Shown here piece after piece: positions 1-13,024 of a stretch of DNA of 64,000 bases. The translations under genes and the position numbers were made by a program. Source of the stretch: Moniliella sp. 'wahieum' (Eukaryota); contig RSEE01000008.1 in NCBI GenBank assembly GCA_003971905.1, positions 186,001 through 250,000 of the forward strand, in the 5' to 3' direction. Each line of letters begins with the position of its first letter. The first letter of the stretch is position 1. The notes under the pieces were generated by a model. The model was not told the origin of the DNA. It worked only from the letters and a program-made list of their open reading frames with translations, and ran no database searches.

Positions 1-1175
1 CTCCCGAACGGGTACGCAAGAATGTTAACTTCCCCTGGGCCCAACCCTTCGCTGCCCATGTTCTTCTTTTCCAATCTGGGGCAGGCGGAGATATCTTCGT
101 CGGCACCTCGTTCTTGAATCGGACCGAGGCAAGCAACGTCGAGAAAATTATCACCCAATTTTTCCGTTCCGGCGTGACCCCCGACCAGATTGCGGTTGTG
201 ACGCCGTGTAGAGGACAACGGTCGTACGTGGTCAACCATATGCAGCTCCATGGTAAACTCAAGAAGGAACTCTACAAGGAAGTGGAGGTTGCGTCCGTTG
301 ATGCATTCCAGGGGCGCGAAAAGGATTAATTATCCTGTCGTGCGTGCAGCAACGAACACCAAGGCATTGGCTTCTTGTCAGATCGCGCCGTCTGAACGTG
401 GCGCTGACCCGAGCCAAGTATGGATTGGTGATTTTGGGGAACCCCAAGGTTGTTCTAAGCACCCACTTGGTATCACCTCCTCCAACACTTTAAGGCCCAG
501 GGGCTCTTGGTCGAAGGCGTGGTTGTCCAACCTTCAGCCGAGCATGATCCAGTTTACGCGCCCGCGTCGGCCGCTTCAACAACCGGGTGACTTGATGGCA
601 CGGTACCGCCATGAAGTGGCGTACGATCGCTCCACTCATCCTGGCATGCCGGGTGGGGGCAGCGTGGGGTCCCGTCGTCGTATGGGTTGCCCAACGGTAC
701 TCCTTCGTCTTTTGCCATGCCCAGCTACCCGCCAAGCTTTGCCACCGGCCCGCCAAGCACGTTTGGGAGTGAGTTTGACACGCAGTCGGTGGCCTCGCTC
801 AACACGCAGGGCTACCCGGCAGCGCATTTGCCTCCCTATGCGCCGTCAGCCGGTTTGGGTTCCGCTTCGCTTGCAGGCTCGCACGTTGGTCCGACTCACC
901 ATCAGACCTATGGCCCTGCTTACAGTGCGACCCACCGACGCAAATATGCTGCTTCAAGTTACGCAGCGAGCATGGCGGACACGGAGGAGGAGACGGGGTC
1001 GGTGTACAGCCAAGCGTACGCTGCGCCCATGTCCCTCAACCCGATTGACCGTCTGGACGCCGAATACGATGGGGCGGGTTCAGCCGGGTTCGGAGGCAAA
1101 GGTCTGGGCTTGGAAGACGATGGGCGGTCGACGTACTCGGTGAGCACATCGCAAGCCTCTTTCACCACGTTTTAA
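1..1175 (+). CDS. UPF1: Nonsense-mediated decay RNA helicase Upf1/Nam7, 3' part (5' end outside window; several apparent indel errors)
   Basis: NRTEASNVEKIITQF...QIAVVTP.RGQRSY...EVEVASVDAFQGREKD, continuing across frames into [26 protein letters not shown]. These are SF1 helicase motifs V/VI of the Upf1 family. An S/Q-rich tail ends SQASFTTF* at 1175. Confidence 0.93.
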
Positions 1176-2048
1176 CGCGTCTTCACGCTGGCGTCGATGT
1201 CGGCTGCCTTGAGGCAGCATTGGACACGCCTGCCCCGTTGCGCGGACCGGCGTGGGTCGCATGGAAGCGCACGCATAGTGCATCCAGACGGATGGCTGGC
1301 CGATGCGTGCGCGCCTATGACGCCGGATGCGATGCGCAGAGCGCAGCCGTTGTGCGCTGGGTACTGGACCCCCACCCCATCCCCCCTCCGCGCGCTCACT
1401 TACACTGGCGACTGGGGACGCGCTGGGGCGGCATGGCGGCGAACGCTGCTGGCTAAGATACTGCAGAGGGTTGGTGTGGGTGCATGCTGCGGCCGGCTTC
1501 AAAGGCGACAACACAACGGGATGGATGGAAGAATGATTGGATGGGCGATAGGACGATGGGCCGAGGAAAGGGGAGGACGCAGGGAATGCTTTAATGAGAG
1601 TATTTAATGAGAGTATATGGCCATGTCCGTGCCAAGCGGGGTTAGCATGGGGCGGAATAAAATCATTGCACCGACGAGCGGAACAGCATGACTGCGGTGG
1701 TGCCAGGCAGAAGGCCAGTGCGCGGGGGGCGGCTGGGCCTGGCTGGGCCCTGGGCTGTCGTCGTTGCCGTTACCATCGCCATCGCCATCGCCATCGCCAT
1801 CGACGCTGCCTCCACCCCCCACCACCCTCGTCTCTGTCCCATCTGTCGCCCGCCCGCTGCTTTGGCCACACACCCTCCGCCCTCGCCTTCCACCGCCACT
1901 GCTGCCCTCCCCCTTGGCTGGAGCGATGCCTGACTCGCTCCGCCGACCCAAGCTTGTTGTATCTTTTGTCTCTCTTGCCCCTCCGCCTTCGTCGCCTGAG
2001 TTTTCATCGCACCACTCCTTGTGCTAAACTCCCAATCTCTTCCGCCCC

Positions 2049-4423
2049 ATGTACTCCTCCCCATCCGCAAGTCCAGCGCCCCAGGCTGCGTACCTCTCTT
2101 ACCTGAACCAGCAACACGGCTCGGCCGCGGCTGCTGCCGTTGCCAGCCAATTCCTTCCCCATTCCCATGCCGCTGCGCCTGGAAACTCTTCGGGTGCTAT
2201 GGGTGCCAACGGTCTCTATTCGCGCTTCGCTGGCTCGAGTAATACGGGCACCCCTCGGCCGTCTGGCCGGCCCCACGCAACCTGGCCAGCCAGAGCGGAC
2301 ACCAGCAGCATCCGTCCCTCTCTTCGCTCGTCGGTTCTTCCACCAACGGCATTCCAGGATCACCTGTCAACTATGCTACTGTCCACAGTTCTGCGGCTAC
2401 ACCAAGTACCCGCAACTTTCCCCCACTCAACTCCCCTCGCCTCCTCAACACCCATTCACCCGCTCACTCTCATGTTGTAGCGAATGGCAGCAGCGCATTG
2501 TCGCCTGCCGTGATCAACTCGCCCCACTGGAAAGCCCAGAAGAAAGGTGCAGAGGTATGTGTTTCCTCATTTGTCAGGTTCGCTTGATACTTACTCACCT
2601 TGGCCACCGCCCCAGATATCTCGTCAATCGGGATCCCCGCATCACCACGCCCGTGCCGCTGACAGCAGCAAGAACAGCCGCCAACGTGGTGGACGCATCC
2701 AAGGCTCTTCTACCTGCGAATGGACTCCGCCCTGAGGCTCTCAAGCCATCTGGATCAACTCCGATGCCGAGTTCAGACGAGTCGGCTAGCTCACCAGCCA
2801 AGCGCGCCACTATTCCCGGCAAGATTCCTCCTCGAGAAGTAGACGAGGATCAGTCTTGGACCCAACTCGATTTGGGGGGCATGCACCTGCGTGCTCTGGC
2901 GCCCGAGTTGTTTCGTTACGAATTTTTGACTTCGCTCTTCATCAATCATAACGATCTGACCATGCTGACTCCGGAGATTGCCAAGCTCAAGCACCTTGAG
3001 GTGCTTGACGTATCGCAGAATCGGCTGACACTGCTCCCTCCCGAACTGGGCCTCTTGCCGACGCTGAAGGAGTTGTTCCTGTTTGATAACGCGATCACAG
3101 TTCTCCCCCCTCAGTTGGGCATGCTGTACCAGCTTGAAATGCTGGGGGTTGAGGGCAACCCCCTGGACATGGAACAACTCACTGAGATCCAGCAGAATGG
3201 CACGGTTGCCCTCATCCACGCTCTGCGGGACAAGAGCCCAATCCCACCTGAACCCGTCAAGCGAAAGTGGATCAACTTGACGGCCGAAGCCGAGGAGAAC
3301 GAAGGCCAAGATGAGCAGGACACCTCCCACCTCGACCGCCCCGATGACCGGAGCGAGACATTGAGTGTGATGGGCTACAATGTTCTGGCTGACAAATTGG
3401 CGACCGAGGCGATCTTTGGCTACACCCCCTCCTGGGCCCTGCAATGGGAATACCGCAAGGAGATCATCGCCAGGGAGATCCGCCAGCTTGGGGCCGATAT
3501 GGTGTGTCTCCAAGAAGTGGGGATGCAACAGTACGACGAATTTTTGCCCCGTTGCTGCATACGTACGGCTATGCTGGTGTGTATTATGCCAAGTCCCGGA
3601 TCAAGACTATGCGTGACGAAGAGAAGCGTCGGGTGGATGGGTGCGCTGTATTCTACAAGCGAGCCAAGTTCCATATGGTGGACAAGTATGTGATTGAGTA
3701 TGGACAAGCCTGCCTTCAACGAGACGACTTTCGCGCCAGCGAGGATGTCTACAACCGCGTCATGCCCCGCGACCAGGTTGGAGTGATCTGCTGCTTTGAG
3801 TACCGCGAGTCGGGTGCGAAGCTTATTGTGGCCAACACGCACTTGCACTGGGATCCGGCCTACTCCGACGTCAAGTTGGTTCAGTCTGCGATGCTAATGG
3901 ACGAGCTGCAGAGAGCCTGCAAAGTGTTCTCGAAGCGCAAGACGGACGTTACGCTTCCTCCCGGGGCGGTTGCGCCTGTTTACCCGATGGCAATGCCGTA
4001 CCCACCATCCTCTGTGGCGATTTCAACTCTGAGCCCAGCAGCGGTGTGTTTGAATTCATTTCGACGGGCCAGTTGTCGGGCCAACATGAGGACTTTTTGG
4101 ACAAGACGTATGGCGACGTAACAGTCAAGGGGCTGCAACATGGGCTGCCTTTAAAGAGCAGCTATGGCGCCATTGGGGAGCTACCCTTCACCAACTTTAC
4201 CCCCGGCTTTGTGGGGGTACTAGAGTACCTCTTCTACTCGACCGACACGATTGAGACGACGGCGTTGCTGGGACCAGTGGACGAAGAGTATGCGTCGAGG
4301 TGCGTCGGTTTCCCCGACGCCCACTTTCCTTCCGACCACATCCCTCTCGCAGCCAAGTATCGTATTCGCCTACCCCTCGACACTAAGGTGATTCGTCCTT
4401 CGCCTGTGTCGTCCGATGCGTAG
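2049..4423 (+). CDS. CCR4: CCR4-NOT deadenylase subunit Ccr4 (LRR plus EEP nuclease)
   Basis: Leucine-rich repeats (WTQLDLGGMHLRALAPELFRYEFLTSLFINHNDL...) followed by EEP motifs GYNVLAD, CLQEV, ANTHLHWDP.YSDVKLVQ, GDFNS, FTNFTPGF and FPSDHIPL. Intron near 2556-2615; frameshifts near 3545 and 3990. Confidence 0.94.
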
Positions 4424-4773
4424 GGGGGTAGGGTTTCTCGCTTGTCGCGCATTACATTGCATTGCATTGTATTGCATTGTACCGTGCCACTCTTGATCTC
4501 TTGATCTCCTTTCCTCTTGGCCTGCTGTTTGTCTATATCCTGTCATGCGCAACGTCCCGATAGCCCACCTAATCGCAGTTCGCCTCGTACTCGTCCCCGA
4601 CATGTATTGTCGATACTCTTTGTACTTTGGGGTTGGCTTGTGATGACGCTCAATCAAGATATCGATCATATGGATAGCAGAGACGGATTCTCCTCTCCTC
4701 ATAGCTTTTTGCAACCTCCGATATAATACATTCGCTCCACTGCACCTACCCATCCCTAAGCCCCGGAGGATTC

Positions 4774-5042
4774 AGACACGGTACTACCCCCACGCCGGCG
4801 CATAGGCAGCCTTGCCAAGCGTGCGGCCGCCTCACCTTCACGCCCAAAGGCTTCTCCTCGGCTCGGATCCACCAAATAGCCCAAGCGCGAAACTACCGTG
4901 AGTCGTGTACCCCACTCACATCCTCCTTGCTCCACCACTCCGCCTTGTGCCACGGTTACTCTTTCCACCATCGCTCCCCTTTTAAGGTAGTGGAGGGTAA
5001 GGTAGTGAGGGACGCGTCGACGCGACTCTGTCATATGCCCGA
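4774..5042. repeat. Diverged direct repeat, copy A (partner at 5401-5951)
   Basis: Blocks such as GCAGCCTTGCCA.GCGTGC.GCCGCCTC..CTTCACGCCCAAAGGCTT and TAGCCCAAGC.CGAAAC.ACCGTGAGTCGT are shared. The 36-mer GAGGGACGCGTCGACGCGACTCTGTCATATGCCCGA is identical at 5007-5042 and 5916-5951. Confidence 0.9.
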
Positions 5043-5400
5043 CGAGGAAGTGCTATCGGGATGATACTCTTAGTGCCTTCGCAGCCTTCGCTGCCTTCGC
5101 TTGCTTCTGTTGGAGGGTAGTGCTGGGGTTCCCTTGCACGGCCCTCGGTGGATCGGTGACGCTCACGTAACCGGGGGGAAGAGTTCCGCTCGCAGGGCGC
5201 GCGCGCCTGCTCGCTTCATCTCCTTCTCTCTCTCCTGTCTCTTTCCCTTCAATTCAGATGTTGCTTGAACTTTGCCTTCACGCCTTGTCTGAAGGCTGCA
5301 TTGCAGCTGATCCATAGGATCGCGAGTGCTCCCAAGTGGCACTCTGTAGCAGCTTCGTCTGCTTCGCTCTGTCAACATATATCCCAGTGCGAAGGCGCCT

Positions 5401-5951
5401 AGACACGTTACTACCCTCCAGCCTGCGTATCCGCAGCCTTGCCACGCGTGCAGCCGCCTCGGCTTCACGCCCAAAGGCTTATCCTCCGATCCACCAAGTA
5501 GCCCAAGCCCGAAACCACCGTGAGTCGTCTTTCACCTAAGGGATTGTACCCCATCAACCTGAGTGAGCCCCCTGGCAGGGCCCGCCTGCGACAGGGTCGT
5601 CACAGATCGAGCCCGCTACAGCTGGACCATCGATCATCCTTGCTCCATCCTTCCACCAATTCCCTTTGTCCCCCCCTCTCTTCTTGTCCTCCCCCCCTCT
5701 TCTTGTCCTTGCCCCCCCCCACCTTATTTTTGGCGCAAAGACCCCAATTGCTTTCCCCTTGCTCCACCGCTCCGCGGCAGCCTTGTGGCCGGGTCAACGG
5801 CAGTGGGGGCACAACCGTGGGCGTGGATTGAAGGGGCACCGTGTGCGAGTGTGGGCGTCGGTGTCGCAATGGGGGCACCGGTGGGGAGTACGGGTAGGGG
5901 GCATTTAAGGGGGTGGAGGGACGCGTCGACGCGACTCTGTCATATGCCCGA
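5401..5951 (-). mobile_element. Diverged repeat copy B containing a decayed double CCHC zinc-knuckle (gag/ORF1-like) ORF; probable retroelement relic
   Basis: The minus strand from ATG at 5904 reads MPPTRTPHRCPHCDTDAHTRTRCPFNPRPRLCPHCR*PGHKAAAERW. This is one perfect CX2CX4HX4C plus a second knuckle broken by TGA. Confidence 0.65.
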
Positions 5952-6649
5952 TGATTGGCGTGGCCCGCCCCGGCCAGTCACGTGCAGGTCGGCGGGCAGT
6001 AGGGTTGTTGGCACTTTTCTTTGCACCCTCGCATATGGAACTAAGAGACTCATGTAGGTGTAAAAGGGGTTACCGTTGGTCTTCTCTTTTCGGTCTCACG
6101 TTTTCTTGGCTCGCATTTGTCATTGTTCTTGCCTGCAGGACGCTTTCTTGAACGTCTCCGTTATACAATGCAATGGGTGTAACGGAGCAAGCCAACAACG
6201 TCACTCTACCCCTTTCCAACCAAACCCTATCTCCATCACCGAACGGTCCCCACGCTCTGCCCCCTCCTCAAATGGACCACACTCAAGATGTAGCAGAGGC
6301 AAAGTTAGCGAGAACCTATAAGCTCTATACCTCTCAATCGGAACCGACCCATGACTCGCTTAGGTTCGTAGCCTGGATCGATAGGTTAGTAGCGTTTACT
6401 CTCGGCGGGCGGGAGGTCCGATCGAGTTCTTCCTAGCCGTCCTCGCCGACCTCGCGGTCCTCCCGGCCTTGGCAATCCTGGCAACCATCGTCACGCTGAA
6501 TTTTTGCGGCGGATACCAAGTCGTGACTCGAAACTCGAGACTTTTGGAAACCTAGGTCGGTCGCGGGGCAAGCACCGGTCTCGAAGGGAAGGCCGACCAC
6601 GGCTTGCGGCTCGTCACGCGTCATGGGCTTACGAGTAATAGTAATCCAG

Positions 6650-6656
6650 GCCCGAA

Positions 6657-6700
<44 letters not shown>
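6650..6700. repeat. (CCCGAG)n hexamer microsatellite
   Basis: Direct reading: gcccgagcccgagcccgag... Confidence 0.9.
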
Positions 6701-7858
6701 TTGCCCGTCAAAAGGATCCAGCTCCTTGTGAATCTAGTAATTGGTTCTTGCACCGGCGCGACGGTATATACGCAACGCACGAAGGGAAGAAGGACGAGCA
6801 GGTGGTGGGTGGCCGTGGTGTACCTGTGGGTGTACCCGTGGGCGTGGCGCGGCTGTGCCGTGGGCGTGGCGGGGGGACGCCCACGCGCGTGTCGGGCGCG
6901 AGTGTGCCTCGCTGGTTTCGCATCTTGTTCCCGGTCGACGTGGGCTCTGCGTGAGTGCACCTGTTCATATCAGTAGGATGATCCGACAGGAGGAGCGATC
7001 AGAGCCGTGAGGACCGCGAGATGAGCGGAGAGCCGGCACCGTACCCGACTCGAGTGGGGAGGTGCCATGGTGGTTGTTGCGCATATCGTCCGCACCTGCT
7101 GGATAGTAGGGCGCTGGTAGAGGCCGAACGGTGCTGCCTGCACCGCTTCCCGGCGTACGCTACGCCCATTCCGATGTGCACATGAAGCATGTGTTGTTGC
7201 ATGACGGCGAGCTGGTGGTTGACCTGTGGGTCTGCAAAGGGGGTGGCATGGAGGCGATGATTTGGTCGGAGTTCATGCCTATCAGCAATCCCATTGCGTT
7301 GCTGGGGTAAAAGGAGGTAAACGGAGCCTACCGGTACCGAGCTTCGGTAGCCGCGTGGGTTTGTCTCTGGCTCTGGTTCTGGAGATGGCGTTGGAGGAAG
7401 TGTGTGCGCCCGGAGGTGGCGGTGGTGCGTGGTCCAGCGGGCCCAGGTGGCTTGGTCAAAGCCACAGCTGAACCAAGCCTTACGTCGGCGCCAGGGCGGT
7501 GTCAGGACTTGGAGGCTATCGAGGCCGGATCCTAAATCCCACATGCCACCATGCCAATGATACAGCGTGGTGCGAAGACGCAAAACTTGGCTCCGCCTCC
7601 CGTCGCACCGGCTCCGCCGCCGGCCAGGCCAAGGCTATGTCCGTGTCCAAGTCCGTGTCCGTGTGCGGCACTCGCAGATCCACCATGGGGGGCGGCATGT
7701 GCAGCGTGGACGCCGGTGCTGGTGCATGCGGCGTGGACCGTCGGGCGTTGGGGCAACGTGTGGACAAGCAAGGTCCAGCAGCGCGAGGGTAACCAGCAAC
7801 CAGCGTGAGAGAAGAGCGACAAGACAAGTACCGTACTTGGGCACATCCAGCATGAAAC

Positions 7859-7927
7859 GCCTCTTTGGCTCAATGGTAAGGCGCACTCGTAATGCGAAGA
7901 TTAGTCGTTCGATTCGGCTAGGAGGCA
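7859..7927 (+). tRNA. tRNA-Thr(CGT); a few bases missing at the D-arm/anticodon-arm junction
   Basis: Acceptor stem GCCTCTT/AGGAGGC, D-loop TGGCTCAATGGTA, anticodon arm CGCA-CTCGTAA-TGCG, T-loop GTTCGATT. A T8 Pol III terminator follows at 7931-7938. Confidence 0.85.
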
Positions 7928-8180
7928 TCCTTTTTTTTAGTGTGCGGCTCGCGATTTGTTGAAGGTTGAAATACAGACATGCACGACAGGGCACCCAGGG
8001 CTGGAACCGACACCCTCCACGTCACCTGCTTATTAGCGTCACTACTTACTGCTCACCGGTCACCGGTGAGGTGACCTTCCACGTGGCGCTGACTCCATGG
8101 TAGAGAGGGAAGCGAGGGGGTGGGGGGTTGTGAGCGTTCACCCTCACCACCACACCGCTTCTGTCCCAGGTTTAGCCATT

Positions 8181-8791
8181 ATGAAGTTTGTTGCTCTTGC
8201 TCCTATGCTGCTGGTTGCCGCGGGGTTGGCCAGTGCAGCGGCGCCTCCGACGTCTCTGCAGATTGGGGTCAAGAAGCGTGTGCCGGCGGGCGAGTGCCTG
8301 GTCAAGACGGTGAGCGGCGACCATGTCGAGATGGAGTACACTGGCCGGTTGTGGGAAGGCGAGCAGTTTGACTCGTCGGTGGGACGGGGCCCGTTCGAGT
8401 TTGTGCTGGGCCAAGGGCAAGTGGTGCGTGTGCTGTTGTGTGCTGTTGGGTTGGCAGGAGGGTGTGCTGACGTGCTGACGGCTGTCTGCAGATTAAAGGC
8501 TGGGACCAGGGGCTGACGGACATGTGCATTGGGGAAAGCGCAAACTGACCATCCCACCTGCCTTGGGCTATGGCGAGATGGGCGCGGGGGCAAGATCCCG
8601 CCGGGGGCAACGCTGGTGTTTGATGGTACGTGTGCCCAGGGGGGAGGTATCTGCTGGGTACTGGGCCTGTGGCGGTGGTACTGACGCGGGGGATGTTGGG
8701 TGTGGTGTGTGCTGGCCCAGTGGAGCTGCTGGACATCAAGGGTGCGCGTGCCGATGCACTCAAGTTTGCGCACGCCAAGGCGGACCTGTGA
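8181..8791 (+). CDS. FPR2: ER-lumenal FKBP-type peptidyl-prolyl isomerase (FKBP-13/Fpr2-like), two introns
   Basis: Signal peptide MKFVALAPMLLVAAGLASA; GDHVEMEYTGRLWEGEQFDSSVGRGPFEFVLGQGQV|IKGWDQGLTDMCIG..RKLTIPPALGYG...IPPGATLVFD|VELLDI; ends HAKADL*. Confidence 0.92.
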
Positions 8792-9153
8792 GGGGTGGGC
8801 AAAGGGGGTCTGGATTGGATGGGCGTGGTTGTGTGTTTGCAGTCGCACGGGTAGCTACTGACGGAGCATACAACGTTGTTCTGATTTCATTCTGCGGGTG
8901 ACGTAAGGGGGCGCGTGAGGCGTGGCGGCTGCTTAGGTCATCGGGTGGCGGCGGGTGGGGACTGGGGGCCAGGGCGTGTCGCCAGCGGCCAGTCGCCCGA
9001 TCTGGCCCGGCGCACGCAAGGGGGCGGGCGGGCGGCGGCACAGCGCGGCTCGGTTCCGCCAACAGACTGGAGGTGCGACTGAACGCTGAAGCGCAACGTT
9101 GAGGCTGAACGCGCTCCACGCACCGCCCCCCCCCCCTCTCCCTCCGCCACGCC

Positions 9154-12100
9154 ATGAGCCGCCTCGGCACACCCGTCGGCGAACCACGCGCCAAGCATCC
9201 CGCCCCGCACCACCCGCATCCACCCCGCCCTCGCCTGCGCCCCCGCTGCCCCCGCGCCCGCGCCCGCCCCGCCTCCGCCGCCGCGCCCGCCGCGCCCCCG
9301 CGCCCCCCCACCGCCCCCTCCGCCCGCCTGCCTCTCCCCCGCTCCCGAGCACGACGTCCCCCTCACCGCCGACCTCCGCGCCTCGTCGCCTCCCTCCCCC
9401 CGACCAGCTCTCCCGCCTCGCCGCCCTCGCGCTCCGCAGCCTCACCGACCCCGACACGCGTCTCCGCACCCTCGCCGCCGCCCAGCTGCCCCCGAAGACA
9501 CCGTCCAGCTGCCCGGTGTGGTCGATGCCGTTCGCGCTCGCATCTACGCCGTGCGCTGCGACCCGCTCGCCATCTTGCCCACCGAGGTCGGCATCCGTAT
9601 CTTTGAGTTTATCGACCACCACGCACTCTGGCCCGTGCTGCGCGCGTCAGCCGTACCTGGCACCGTTTTGCCACCACGCCTGCTGTCACACGTACGCTCG
9701 CGCACCGCTTGGGCTTTACCGTGCCTACGTACGCGCCTCACTTGCTCAGTGCCGACCGTACCCGCTCGCTCGAATGGCTCGGCATTGGTATCAACAACCA
9801 GCCTCGGTTTGTCACGCCTCCGCCGCCCCCGCGCGCACTGGCGCCCCCACCTGTGCGCGACGACCATTCGTCCAAAGTAATCGTGATTGACGACCTTGGA
9901 TCCCAATCTGTACCTCCGCTCAGCCGTCGTCGTCGGTCCGATGCCGACGAGTCCAGTGCCCCGCCGCGGAAGCGTCCCCGTCGGTCTGCGCCCAACCCTT
10001 CCCGCGCTGCTCGGGAGCCCAAAATCGATCCGGCCGTGGCGCACCGGGAAGTACTCAATCTTCTCGACAGCCTGCAACGTCGTTACGTCGCGACGGGCGT
10101 ATCGGTTGAAAGTGATGATGAAACGTTGCGCATGCTGACCAAGGAGCTTGGGTACCTTGACCGTGCTCTGCGAGCGCGACTTCGTCCGTCGGCTGAATCT
10201 CAAATTGGAATGTCACTTCTCGATACGCTCGAAGGTATTGTCCGTGCCGAATCGGCGCAGAGGAGGGGATCCCACTGTTTGCCACGCGTCGCGTTTTCAA
10301 GTCTTCGATTGGACAAGGTGTGGTTGCAGAACCTGCGACGCGCGCCAAGTTGATCGAGTCGCTTTTGTTTTTTGCCGAGTTGGGACCAACGTCAGTCAAC
10401 ATGTTTGACACCCAGTCGTTCCTCTCTACCTTTTGAGCGCGCCTCGGGATGAGGCCAGAGTGCCAGTTCCTGAAGTTGTCGGCGGTGCGAATGCGGCCGG
10501 GGCCAAATGGTCAGGAGAAATCAAACCTGGTGACGCAGCCATCCCCCACCCCGGCCAAGCACGGAGGCATCGAGATGGCCAAGGATGCGTCGTAATGGAG
10601 AAACCTGCGTATGATGGTAAACAACCAACTGTGTCGTGTCTCGATACGAAAGGAGGATTGCTGGATACTCTCAAGCCGTCGCCGGAAAATTTAATTTTCG
10701 ACCTGCCTTCCGAAGGGCAGGAGGTGGCCACCGTCCCGGGATCGCATCCTCGTGAAGCGCTTGCGCTTCAGTATGAGGTGACGCGGGCGTGGCTCGACCG
10801 TGGAGGCCGGCTTCTGTCTCAACATTACCTGTACCCTGAGGTGATGATAACCGACATGGTGGCCGATGACGATCGGATCGTGCTAGGCATGGGCAACAAT
10901 GCGATCCACATTATCGATGCCCGAACGGGGTTGTTGCAAGAGACGTTGCATGAGCACACGAGTGGAGTCTGGTGCTTGGCGCTTGTGCCTCCTTGGCCTA
11001 GCTTGCGACCATCGGGATTTGCGGACCAAGTGCCGCGCGAGGGCATCCCAACGACCAACATGGTCTTGACCGAGTACGATTCTCGTCCAGAGGCTTACCT
11101 CGAGGCGTACCCTTCCCCGCTCCTGTCTGCCTCGGAATGGGAGACGGTACCTTGGCTCCGATCATTGAGTAGCACCCAGCGCGCCTTGCTGCAAGTGTAC
11201 CGCAGCATTGAGCAAAAGCTGCTTGACCATCCTACCTGGTCGCATTCGCGCGGGAAGATGGCTGATTCCACTGCGGGCCCTAGCAGCTACAGCGGCCGTC
11301 GCGGTACGAGCAAGCCCATCTGGAAGCTGGACCGGCATTACACGGACTGGGCGAGTCCGTCTCGAGAAGAGAATGTGCCGCCGATGCTGCGGCGGGATTG
11401 GACTGGGCCCGACTCGGTGATGGAAGCTGCGATGGAGACGGAGCGAGCGGCATGTATGGCCGCTCGCAACACCCAGGGCTTGCCCAATGCGCCTCCTATC
11501 ACGCAAGAGTCGTTGGTCCCCTCGTTGGCGCGCACGCGTGCTGAAAAGGCGATGGAGTTGGAAAAGTCGTTGGCCAACAAGCCGTTGTTAGTTTCGGGCG
11601 GGTGACCGGACGGTGATGGTGTGGGATTTAACCACCGGCCAGCTGGTGCACATTCTGCGTGGACATACCGCCACGGTACGATGTGTGTCTCTGCTGAATG
11701 TGCGTGGCCGTGTCATGGCGGTTACAGGCAGTCGGGACCGGGATGCGCGTTTGTGGGATGTACGAAGCGGGTTGTTGGTGCACACGTTCCGTGGGCACCA
11801 AGAATCGATTCGCTGCATTGCCGTGTCAGAGGACTGTGAGGTGACGTCGGACGGACTAACAATTCCGTTGAATCCTGCTGAAGCGCCCAAGGCGCCTCTG
11901 TTTGCCACGGGGTCGTACGATAGCAATGTCCGAGTATGGGATGCGGAGACTGGCAAATGCCTGCACACGTTGCAAGGGCACACGCAGCAAGTGTACTCGA
12001 TCGCCTTTCGTCGGGGGACGATCGTGACTGGATCGCTTGACACGACGGTGCGCGTATGGGATGCGGTGAATGGGTACGTTTTTGTTCAGTCCAGACGCAG

Positions 12101-13024
12101 CAGCAGCAGCAGTCAAGGGTACGTTATACTGACATTATTGATAGCCGTCCTTTGGGTGTACTCAAGGGCCACACTTCGTTGGTGAGTGTGATCACCATCC
12201 GTGGCAACATGGTCGTGACAGGCGGGAGTGACGGGCGGGTACTGGTGTACGATCTGGACAAGTTTACGTGTATCCACCGTCTGTGCGCGCACGACAATAG
12301 CGTTACGTCACTGCAATTTGTACCTGGTCTAGCGCGGGGGTTGATTCCGCAATACTACCTTGCGCGTCGTCGTGCGAGCCAGCGGCCTCGGAACGAGCGT
12401 GGCACAGCAGGTGCCGGTCTCAACCCGCCTGCGTGGGGCACGGTGGACGAGGAGTACTGGAGCTACGATCCCGAATCGGACGATGCGCGTTGGCTCGTAT
12501 CAGCCAGCAACGATGGGACGACCAAGTTGGGGACTTGGCCGATGGAGTGTGTGTGCGGCACATTGGTCCAACAAGCAAGCATGTGCTCAAGTTTGTCTGT
12601 ACCAACGACCGAGCTGTGATCGCGTCTTTCCCGTTGACGCATCCCATGCCGCGGATCGAGCGGTCGCGGTTGGACATTGTCTCCTTCCGCCCACTGAGCA
12701 CCAAGGCGAAACGCTGGCTGGTAGTCAAGTCGGGAAGCACAAGCACCGAAAGCGGGGCCGAAGCGGGCGTGGATGGCGAGGAGACGTGTCGCAGTCCTGG
12801 GGTCCTTCCGCCCAGCCGCCCGTCCTCACCCGCACCCACGTCCGGGCCTGCGTCTGCACTTTGGCGCAAGGGATTCGTGGATGCTCCACCCGCCGCGGCA
12901 GTCTGTGGGCGAGGAGGATGGGGACGAGGCAAGTGCGGGGCAGGAAGGGGAGGACGAGGACGAAGAAGAAGACGAACAAGAGGACGAGGACGAGGAAGAG
13001 AGTGAGGCCAAAGTCAATGTGTGA
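9154..13024 (+). CDS. F-box/WD40-repeat protein (Cdc4/Fbw7-like SCF substrate receptor)
   Basis: F-box CDPLAILPTEVGIRIFEFID at about 9555. Several WD40 repeats (LRGHTATVRC...VTGSRDRDARLWDV; TGSYDSNVRVWD; GSLDTTVRVWD; LCAHDNSVTSLQF). Acidic tail. Intron 12074-12143. Confidence 0.88.

Noticed and set aside
6055..6600. Solo LTR suggested by TG...CA ends and the near-inverted CTCCGTTATACA/TGTAACGGAG
   Set aside because: No second copy, PBS, PPT or target-site duplication could be identified.
6600..7700. Possible minus-strand hypothetical gene upstream of tRNA-Thr
   Set aside because: Protein-like fragments occur in several frames, but there is no motif or consistent model to support a call.
7859..7927. 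tRNA-Thr as a structurally novel or pseudo tRNA
   Set aside because: The short deletion matches the assembly's error pattern; the A/B boxes, stems and terminator are intact.
8770..8791. Unusual ER-retention signal KADL on the FKBP
   Set aside because: Variant C-terminal retention tetrapeptides are common; not distinctive.
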